Source: an uncultured Ignavibacteriales bacterium (lineage in GTDB: Bacteria > Bacteroidota > Ignavibacteria > Ignavibacteriales > Ignavibacteriaceae). From it: a stretch of 64,000 nucleotides of DNA. Numbering within the stretch: the first letter of the stretch is position 1; the number at the start of each line of letters is the position of its first letter. Shown here piece after piece: positions 57,385 through 64,000 of this stretch. Both the position numbers and the translations under genes were made by a program. Under the pieces are notes generated by a model. That model was not told the origin of the DNA. It saw nothing but the letters and a program-made list of their open reading frames with translations, and did no database searches. The DNA is taken from NCBI GenBank assembly GCA_903929035.1, contig CAIYTF010000084.1, positions 13,938-77,937 of the forward strand, read 5' to 3'.

Positions 57385-57446
57385 ATAAATCTTTTCTAAA
57401 TTGTTAAGTATAAAATTATAAAATTATCAGTAATTTTTAAAATGGT

Positions 57447-57686
57447 GTAACTGTTTAGGTCAAAAAAACCGTGTATATTTTTTCCCGTTAGAGCCTGTCC
57501 CGTTTCGCGGGAGAATTTATGTTTGTAGAAAACAGCCCCGTACGGCACGATTTCCCGTATGGGAATATATGTTGCATTGATACCAAACAACATATATTTC
57601 CATACGGAAAAACGAAATACAGGGGGCTATGTGTTTTCTACAAACATTTTTCTCCTAACGGAGAATTAGAGAACCTAAACAGTTAC
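57447..57686. repeat. 240-nt imperfect foldback (long inverted repeat) element
   Basis: The termini GTAACTGTTTAGGT / ACCTAAACAGTTAC are perfect. Internal matched blocks are ATGTTTGTAGAAAACA / TGTTTTCTACAAACAT and TTCCCGTATGG(G)AATATATGTTG / CAACATATATTTCCATACGGAA. The left arm carries about 35 extra nt. Confidence 0.8.
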
Positions 57687-57791
57687 GAGATGGTTTAGAA
57701 AATCGGACATAATTCACTTAAATATCCGGAGAAAAAACATTTGCAAGTATCAGTATACTCATTTATTATACTGTTAAGACCTTAAAAGCAT

Positions 57792-58991
57792 CTAACACCC
57801 TCCCAAAACTCTGTTTTTGGCTTTCTTAACGCCGCTTCCCGCCTGCTTTTGCTTAAATTCCTTAATCAGCAGCGGCAATGCAATACTTGCCTGTGTCCTG
57901 AATCGGTGAGTATCTATTTCCTGCCTGTCTTGTCCCTCTATCGATTTTGGAACTTCAAACATATCTTTTTTAAATTGGTTTAATCCGCCCTTTAATACCA
58001 ACAATCCTTTAAAGCCTAACTGCTCGGCAATCAAGGCTCCTTTTGCTGCAGTCTGTTCATCATCTGCAATAAAAACATTTCTTGTATTCTTCAGCAATAG
58101 TAATTTATTCGCGTCTTTTTCAAAGAGGCTTTCCTTCGTAACACGTATAGACCGCGGCAGCGGCATTGCATCAAAAGATTTCTGGTCGCGAAGATCAAAT
58201 ATTTGTAAATCCTTGTCGTTATCCATTAATCTGAAAGCCAGTTCATCGCTTGTTATGAATTCAACTTTTCGCGATGCCGCGATTTCACTATCAGATGATT
58301 TCTTGATAATGGACTCTTTTCTATCAGGCATAATAAATGCGGATAAACCAATTACCATTGCAATAGCAGTTAATCCGGCATAGAGCGGCTTAGCGTTAAG
58401 TTCAGGGTTAGGCTTGCCGTTTACTTTATTTTCGATCAATGTCACAGCCCAAAAAGCTCCGACTGCAAAAGCGATTAAAAGAAATGCAAACAGTGACTGC
58501 GATACACCCATCACATCGAATATTTTCACGCTGCCCCAATTTGCCGCTTTATATAAACCTTCGAAAAGCGGATATCCTTCTGCAAATATCAGCACGCCAA
58601 TAAAAGAGCCGGCAATGAAAATCATCGCGTCAATTTTACCGATTGCAGCTGCACAAACACTCGTGCCGGGACAATAACCGCCGACAACAAACCCGATTCC
58701 CATTATTAACCCGCCAACCAAAGCAGACCATAAGAATGTAGGGTTTACATAGACTAACGATATATCAATTAATCCGAAATGATTCAGCGCGACAACGCCA
58801 ATCATAGCAGTAACTCCGGCTGTGAAGAACACCCGTAACACGGTAAAATCGTAGCCATAAAACAAACCAACTAACTTTTTAGAAGTCGAAAATCCGGCTT
58901 GTTCAAGTATAAATCCAAAGGCAATTCCGATAAAAAGCGCGGCAACAAAATTCAGTTCATTGCCGATAATTTCAGGTACTAACGGTCCCAT
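57792..58991 (-). CDS. YeeE/YedE-family (sulfur-compound transport) membrane protein fused to a Cys-less rhodanese-like domain
   Basis: Likely start is the ATG at 58991 (AAGGAAA RBS), giving MGPLVPEII...; the track ORF runs upstream to 59129 and overlaps the next gene. Conserved GGYCPGTSVCAAA motif. The C-terminal ~100 aa have a rhodanese-like pattern (...LVLKGGLNQF). Confidence 0.7.
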   Translation of the reverse strand: MGPLVPEIIGNELNFVAALFIGIAFGFILEQAGFSTSKKLVGLFYGYDFTVLRVFFTAGVTAMIGVVALNHFGLIDISLVYVNPTFLWSALVGGLIMGIGFVVGGYCPGTSVCAAAIGKIDAMIFIAGSFIGVLIFAEGYPLFEGLYKAANWGSVKIFDVMGVSQSLFAFLLIAFAVGAFWAVTLIENKVNGKPNPELNAKPLYAGLTAIAMVIGLSAFIMPDRKESIIKKSSDSEIAASRKVEFITSDELAFRLMDNDKDLQIFDLRDQKSFDAMPLPRSIRVTKESLFEKDANKLLLLKNTRNVFIADDEQTAAKGALIAEQLGFKGLLVLKGGLNQFKKDMFEVPKSIEGQDRQEIDTHRFRTQASIALPLLIKEFKQKQAGSGVKKAKNRVLGGC

Positions 58992-59005
58992 AATAATTTC
59001 CTTTC

Positions 59006-59521
59006 TTATATCCACAGTTTTCTGAAAAAATAGGCAAAGGCATACGCACCGCCAAAAATAGCCAGCATAGTAATAATTCCGCCAAAGGAGAGAACTGCCA
59101 TACCGCTCAATGCAGCTCCGCTGGTACATCCTCTGCCGAGCTGCGCGCCAAACCCAAATAACAAACCGCCTATTGCAGCCCCTGCAATCCGAGTTCCATT
59201 CATAATCTTCGGTGATTTTTCCATTGTAAACTTCAATCGGTTTGAAATCAAACCGGAAACAAACGCCCCAATTACAACGCCAATAACTTCAAACACTAAC
59301 CAGTTTTTCAGCGGGTTGCCGGGGTGTTCTTCAGTATATTCCGTATAAAACTTTGTATTGTTTGTATGGGCGGGGGCAACCGTTTCAACCGCGGCAACAA
59401 CAGCACTTTTAACCGCGCCGCTCGCGCCTAAACCTCTTCCTGTAATAAAAATTGTTGCCAATAATATTAAGCCGAGGAAAAATCCGGCTAAATATGGATT
59501 CATATATTTTGTTTCATTCAT
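59006..59521 (-). CDS. YeeE/YedE-family membrane protein (first half of a split transporter)
   Basis: GRGCTSGAALSG motif; 4 TM segments; 4-nt overlap with the cytochrome b gene. Confidence 0.7.
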   Translation of the reverse strand: MNETKYMNPYLAGFFLGLILLATIFITGRGLGASGAVKSAVVAAVETVAPAHTNNTKFYTEYTEEHPGNPLKNWLVFEVIGVVIGAFVSGLISNRLKFTMEKSPKIMNGTRIAGAAIGGLLFGFGAQLGRGCTSGAALSGMAVLSFGGIITMLAIFGGAYAFAYFFRKLWI

Positions 59522-60195
59522 TTGGAAACCTCAATTCCGGAATTTTGTGTTTTGCTGCTGTTAGAATTATTCGTTTTCTCGTTATCGGCATCTTCAAATT
59601 CTTCGTAACCCGTAATCATTGCTTTCAAATTAGAGGTTATGTCCGCACCTGTTGTAACCAGATACAAGTGTACAACAATAAACGAAAGCAGCATAAATGC
59701 CCCTGCTGTATGAAAAACTGCAATCCCTTCTATTGAATCAATATTCAACCCGACAATGGCTCCTTTTTGCGGATAGCGATAAAACATATACAGCAAACCG
59801 GAAATTACCATTGCAGGAATAACAAGAATCTTCAGTGAAAAATAAACTAATTTTTGCAGCGGATTAAGTTTACTCAGCACTGTCTTTTTTGTCGGATGGG
59901 GTTCATTCCTGAACATCCCGATTAAATAATAATTTATCTGTGCCATCATATTTTCCCCTGTTGGTAAATACTGCCGCCATTCGCCTGTGGCAAAGTGCCA
60001 AAAGATTGCAAATACTATTAATATCATAAACGCGTAAGCCGCGGCATTATGATATTTCACCGCGTTAGCATATCCGAAAAAAGTGATAGAACCGTGAATT
60101 TCAAATCCTGTCACCGCCATAAAAAATATGATTATTGCCTGCATCCAATGCCAGAAGCGTTCAAAAGCTCTATAGATATATACTTTATGTTTCAT
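59518..60195 (-). CDS. Membrane di-heme cytochrome b (Ni/Fe-hydrogenase / PhsC-type cytochrome b family)
   Basis: RFWHWMQA N-terminus, conserved His in TM helices (HG, YHNAA, WHFATGEW, FHTAGAF, VVHLY). Confidence 0.7.
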   Translation of the reverse strand: MKHKVYIYRAFERFWHWMQAIIIFFMAVTGFEIHGSITFFGYANAVKYHNAAAYAFMILIVFAIFWHFATGEWRQYLPTGENMMAQINYYLIGMFRNEPHPTKKTVLSKLNPLQKLVYFSLKILVIPAMVISGLLYMFYRYPQKGAIVGLNIDSIEGIAVFHTAGAFMLLSFIVVHLYLVTTGADITSNLKAMITGYEEFEDADNEKTNNSNSSKTQNSGIEVSK

Positions 60196-61772
60196 TATAA
60201 TCCTCTTGTTTTCATTTTACGTGAAGTCATTATTCTCATTGTTCCGTGCAGCAAAATACCAAGCAGCGAAAGCAGCAAAGCACCTATACCTGCATATTCT
60301 ACTATCGGGTTATTATCTCTCGCGGGCATATAAAAATCTTTAAGGTTTGCCAGCCGGCTTCCCTGACTTGTATGACATTCGATACACTTCACAGAGTTTT
60401 CTTTTGATGAAACCATATGGTTCACGGGCCAATACATATTTGTTTGAATAAAAGCAATCTGCCCGCTAAATGGAAGATTTACATCACGCATACCTACTTC
60501 AGCAGCGCGTTTCCAGTTAAAATCCTTCCACAAAGCTCCTTCTCCTTTTTTATCGGAATAGAGTTTGGGCTGAATTAACATTTTTGTAACAGGGTCAAAC
60601 GGCTGACGTGCCCGATGAATTTTAACGGGAATTATTTTTGAATCTTTATCATTATACGCGCCGTTCAATTTATTTATTGTTAGCGGCTTAGAAGTATCAG
60701 ATACCGTATCGCCCAGCAGATAGTGATTTGCAGTGCCGTTAAACCAGATATATTCCGGCTTAAGATTCTTTCCCCACTTAAAACTGCCTTTTATTGAAAG
60801 ATAAGTATGATTTCCATCCTTGTCATCTTCTTCGTAAGGTTCACCGTTTTTTAACTTGCCGGCAGTGGACCAGTCCCACTCTGTTTTTGTTGCATTAACT
60901 TTCGCGTAGGTTGGAATGTGACAAGTCTGACACGCTACTTTCAAAGTATGTCTATTAAGCACGGCATCCTCGTGCGGGTTTTCTGAATGGCACTGCTCGC
61001 AAGTTGCGCGATTACGATTCATTGAAGAGAGAGAATACATCTTACCGCTGATATTATGATTTTCAGTTTTGTGACAATCAACACATTGCAGATTCACTCC
61101 ATCCACTCCCATATGAACATCCACATCTTTTGCCGGTTCAAACATCGACTTTTCCAAATCGCCGTGCTTCACGTTATTGCCGCCGCCGCCAAAGAAATGG
61201 CACACACCGCAATTCGAACGCTTTGGTTTACCAACGTGCCGCGCGATGTTGGCAAGGTCTAAATTGCCCATTGGTGCGCCACCCTTTTCAGGTGCCTTCG
61301 TGTATGTTTCAGTGTTATCGTGGCAGATAAGGCAGTCAATGTTGGTTGAATCAGTAAACGAAAATGTTTTTGCATCGGTCATACCAAATCCAATGTGGCA
61401 CTTGGCACAGCTTGTTTCGTTACCCTCTGTGCCAATACAAAAATTGTTAATAGCATTTTTCTTCCCGAGATACACGACACCGCGTCCCTGAATATACTCC
61501 GGTTTTTCCCAATTCCAGTGATTGGACTTCATTACTTCTTTGTGCCGTTCCGTGTGGCACGAAATACAGGCAGCTGTTACCTGTCGCGGATCGGAAAATA
61601 CTTTTTGCAAAACCGCGAATTTAGTATGGTCCACAACCGGTACTTTTTTGGAGGTTAACTTTGCTCTCAGCAAAGAGAGAGGAGGTTTCTCTGTTTCTTT
61701 CGGGATAAGTATCCCAATTGAAATTATTAGCACTAATCCTATTAGCAAAAGAGCGATAACTATTCTTTTCAA
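60195..61772 (-). CDS. Octaheme c-type cytochrome, tetrathionate-reductase (Otr) family-like, with N- and C-terminal hydrophobic helices
   Basis: Eight CxxCH motifs: CISCH, CAKCH, CLICH, CGVCH, CVDCH, CEQCH, CQTCH, CIECH. The stretch NCGVCHFFGGGGNNVKHGDL recalls Shewanella Otr-type proteins. Confidence 0.7.
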   Translation of the reverse strand: MKRIVIALLLIGLVLIISIGILIPKETEKPPLSLLRAKLTSKKVPVVDHTKFAVLQKVFSDPRQVTAACISCHTERHKEVMKSNHWNWEKPEYIQGRGVVYLGKKNAINNFCIGTEGNETSCAKCHIGFGMTDAKTFSFTDSTNIDCLICHDNTETYTKAPEKGGAPMGNLDLANIARHVGKPKRSNCGVCHFFGGGGNNVKHGDLEKSMFEPAKDVDVHMGVDGVNLQCVDCHKTENHNISGKMYSLSSMNRNRATCEQCHSENPHEDAVLNRHTLKVACQTCHIPTYAKVNATKTEWDWSTAGKLKNGEPYEEDDKDGNHTYLSIKGSFKWGKNLKPEYIWFNGTANHYLLGDTVSDTSKPLTINKLNGAYNDKDSKIIPVKIHRARQPFDPVTKMLIQPKLYSDKKGEGALWKDFNWKRAAEVGMRDVNLPFSGQIAFIQTNMYWPVNHMVSSKENSVKCIECHTSQGSRLANLKDFYMPARDNNPIVEYAGIGALLLSLLGILLHGTMRIMTSRKMKTRGL

Positions 61773-61875
61773 ATTTATTTTCCTATGTTGTTAATTGTTA
61801 ATTGGTACTTGTCAGCCCAAAATATTCAAATTGAGTGCCTAAATAATAGCTTTACTTTGATAATTTACCATTATT

Positions 61876-62307
61876 TTACATTTTACCATTATTATTTGTA
61901 TGTTCGATGATTGCAGATTTTACGTGATTGCAGTCAGTAAAATCTCGATACACCGGACATTCGCTGCAGGGGCTTGTCTCACATACATTATCGAAGTGTT
62001 TATATGACCAGCAAGGCTTTTCGGAAGATGTATATGCTTCGCACTTTTCCCTATCAGCCTTGGAACAGCCTTTTATTTTCCAGCAGGGTATCATAGCGAA
62101 GGCCATTTTTACACCGGCAATTCCAATTTTCCTTTCGGTAATTGCTTTGCGCACGCAGGCAAGACGGTCAATATCCAATTGGGAATATAGTCTCTGTTTC
62201 GATTCCTTTTTATATGGCAGCACAAAACCCTCTATTTCATAAAGCCGCAACAATGGAATTGAAATTCCCAATAACTTTGCCGCTACCCTAATTGGGTATA
62301 GCGGCAT
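61876..62307 (-). CDS. MerR-family transcriptional regulator with a C-terminal Cys-rich double PCW domain
   Basis: Likely start is the ATG at 62307 (MPLYPIRVAAKLLGISIPLLRLYE, MerR HTH). The C-terminus is PCW-x4-GC-x7-C-x9-PCW-x8-C-x4-C-x2-C-x9-C. Confidence 0.7.
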   Translation of the reverse strand: MPLYPIRVAAKLLGISIPLLRLYEIEGFVLPYKKESKQRLYSQLDIDRLACVRKAITERKIGIAGVKMAFAMIPCWKIKGCSKADREKCEAYTSSEKPCWSYKHFDNVCETSPCSECPVYRDFTDCNHVKSAIIEHTNNNGKM

Positions 62308-62530
62308 ATCCGCCGAAATATTTTTTATGCCGCCTGCATCCTTATTTTGCAATTTACTTTCTTTGTAATGAACTTGATAATTATAGCTATCAACTTTCTT
62401 GCCAATTTAGATTATCTGTTTTTGACACAATTTTGATGAGCGAATATCGAATTTTTTCATAAATGAGAATGCTATATTTGTCAAAAGTGAGAGGACTTTC
62501 ATAAATGAGCAGGTTGTATAAAAGTAATCA

Positions 62531-62565
62531 ACAAAAAAAAGGCTGCCTTGTGAAAGACAGCCTTT
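62531..62565 (-). terminator. Rho-independent terminator after groEL
   Basis: Minus strand: AAAGGCTG(T)C-loop-G(G)CAGCCTTT followed by TTTTTTTT. Confidence 0.75.
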
Positions 62566-62589
62566 GTAAAACAGGAGAGGGAAAAGATA

Positions 62590-64000
62590 TTAATACATAT
62601 CGCCCATACCCTGCGGAGATGCAGGCATCATAGGGGCTTTGTTTTCATCTTTTTTCTCGAAAACGACAGCTTCAGTTGTTATCAATAATGATGACACTGA
62701 TGCGGCATTTTGAAGAGCAGTTCTGGCAACCTTGGTTGGGTCAATAACGCCGGCTTTCAGCAAGTTTTCATAAACTTCTGTAGCAGCATTGAATCCAAAG
62801 TCATTCTTGCCCTCTTTAACTTTTGCAAGAATTACCGAGCCTTCAAGTCCGGCATTGCTGACTATCTGACGAAGTGGTTCTTCAAGAGCTTTGACGATGA
62901 TTTGAATACCGGTTGTCTGGTCATCGTTATCACCTTTCAAATTAGCAAGTTTTTCAATCGCGCGGACGAAAGCAACACCGCCACCGGGGATGATACCTTC
63001 TTCAACTGCAGCGCGGGTCGCGTGCAAAGCATCTTCAACGCGTGCTTTCTTTTCTTTCATTTCAATTTCTGTGGATGCACCGATTTTTAATACAGCAACA
63101 CCGCCAGAAAGTTTTGCAAGACGTTCCTGCAATTTTTCGCGATCGTAATCTGAAGTTGTTTTGTCAATTTGCGCTTTAATTTCATTAATGCGTTTCTTGA
63201 TTTCATCAGCAACTCCGGCACCTTCAACAATTGTAGTGTTATCTTTATCGATAGAAACTCTCATTGCAGTGCCAAGTTTTGAAATGTCCGCGTTTTCGAG
63301 TTTGAATCCGCGTTCTTCGGAGATAACGGTACCGTTAGTAAGAACAGCTATATCTTCAAGCATTGCTTTTCTTCTGTCGCCAAAGCCAGGGGCTTTTACC
63401 GCGGCAACTTTCAAAGTTCCGCGAAGTTTGTTCACTACTAAAGTAGCAAGTGCTTCACCTTCAAGGTCTTCAGCAATTATGAGAAGTGAGCGTCCGCCTT
63501 GAGCAACTTTCTCAAGTACAGGGAGCAAATCTTTCATAGCAGAAATTTTCTTGTCGTGGATTAGAATGAACGGATTCTCTAATACTGATTCCATTCTCTC
63601 TGCATCTGTGACAAAATAAGGGGAGAGATAGCCACGATCAAACTGCATACCTTCAACAACGGCTAAGGTTGTTTCGGTGCCTTTTGCTTCTTCAACGGTG
63701 ATAACGCCGTCTTTGCCGACTTTTTCCATTGCATCAGCAATTAATTCGCCAATGAATTTTTCGTTGTTAGCAGAGATAGAACCAACCTGAGCAATTTCTT
63801 CTCTTCCTTCAACTTCTTTGCTCATCGATTTGAGAACCGCGACAACTTCGTTAACTGCAATGTCAATACCGCGTTTGAGGTCCATCGGGTTTGCACCGGC
63901 AGTTACATTCTTCAAGCCTTCACGATAGATAGCCTGAGCTAAAACAGTCGCCGTTGTTGTTCCGTCACCCGCGGCATCGCTGGTTTTGGAAGCAACTTCG
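62590..64000 (-). CDS. groEL: Chaperonin GroEL, N-terminus truncated by the window edge
   Basis: The frame stays open to base 64000 and encodes ...[39 protein letters not shown]. The M at 63915 in the track is an internal TTG (Leu). Confidence 0.95.
   Translation of the reverse strand, partial: EVASKTSDAAGDGTTTATVLAQAIYREGLKNVTAGANPMDLKRGIDIAVNEVVAVLKSMSKEVEGREEIAQVGSISANNEKFIGELIADAMEKVGKDGVITVEEAKGTETTLAVVEGMQFDRGYLSPYFVTDAERMESVLENPFILIHDKKISAMKDLLPVLEKVAQGGRSLLIIAEDLEGEALATLVVNKLRGTLKVAAVKAPGFGDRRKAMLEDIAVLTNGTVISEERGFKLENADISKLGTAMRVSIDKDNTTIVEGAGVADEIKKRINEIKAQIDKTTSDYDREKLQERLAKLSGGVAVLKIGASTEIEMKEKKARVEDALHATRAAVEEGIIPGGGVAFVRAIEKLANLKGDNDDQTTGIQIIVKALEEPLRQIVSNAGLEGSVILAKVKEGKNDFGFNAATEVYENLLKAGVIDPTKVARTALQNAASVSSLLITTEAVVFEKKDENKAPMMPASPQGMGDMY

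Noticed and set aside
57396-57593. 65-aa minus-strand ORF.
   Set aside because: It lies within one arm of the 240-nt foldback element; there are no coding features.
57500-57650. CRISPR-repeat-like strings (ATGTTTGTAGAAAACA...) raised the question of a degenerate CRISPR array.
   Set aside because: The copies are inverted, not direct. There are only two, with no spacer periodicity and no cas genes in the window.
61825-61840. Sigma54-like promoter upstream of the octaheme cytochrome gene (minus strand AGGCAC-N5-TTGAA).
   Set aside because: The -12 element lacks the conserved GC, and the -24 element is only 5/6. There is no enhancer-binding protein nearby; a MerR-type regulator is adjacent instead.
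63913-63915. Track start codon for GroEL (M at 63915, 441 aa).
   Set aside because: This is an internal TTG (Leu) codon. The frame continues open to the window edge with the canonical [11 protein letters not shown] segment, so the gene is simply truncated.
1-64000. Searched by eye for hallmarks of mobile or defence islands: integrase, transposase, restriction/modification, toxin-antitoxin pairs, reverse transcriptase, nucleases, large ATPases.
   Set aside because: None were recognised among the translated ORFs. The only mobility signals are the small non-autonomous repeats reported above.

Overview
AT-rich bacterial chromosomal window. I saw no rRNA, CRISPR array, transposase, integrase or phage genes. 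The surface-protein architecture (T9SS-type C-terminal sorting domain, PorV/PorQ-like barrel, CarboxypepD_reg-TonB receptor) suggests an FCB-group organism, possibly Ignavibacteria-like; this is inference only. Most of the window is core metabolism and translation in long co-directional operons. These include a nine-gene ilvD-ilvB-ilvN-ilvC-leuB-leuA-leuC-leuD-cimA operon preceded by a 50-codon Leu/Ile/Val-rich leader ORF, plus amt-porin-glnK, pabB-pabC, prs-ctc-pth, rpsF-rpsR-rplI, smpB, tyrS, pdaD and tRNA-Ala(CGC). Also present are nuoABCDEF (the cluster stops after nuoF), gdhA and groEL (truncated at the window edge). The accessory-looking parts are as follows. (1) A 2386-aa repeat-rich surface protein tightly followed by two outer-membrane barrels. 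(2) A minus-strand cluster of MerR-type regulator with a Cys-rich CW domain, octaheme c-type cytochrome, cytochrome b, and split YeeE/YedE with a Cys-less rhodanese domain. This is my best candidate for an undescribed sulfur-compound respiratory/transport module. (3) A TonB receptor with an ECF sigma, membrane protein and Spy-like protein. (4) A chemoreceptor with a CxxCH heme motif in its periplasmic domain. (5) Several families of non-coding repeats: a TA-flanked MITE-like element with a visible empty site, a ~95-nt paralogous leader element, a ~130-bp inverted repeat pair bracketing 11.4 kb, and a 240-nt foldback. All calls rest on motifs read by eye in the translated ORFs and on manual sequence comparison; no database search was run.
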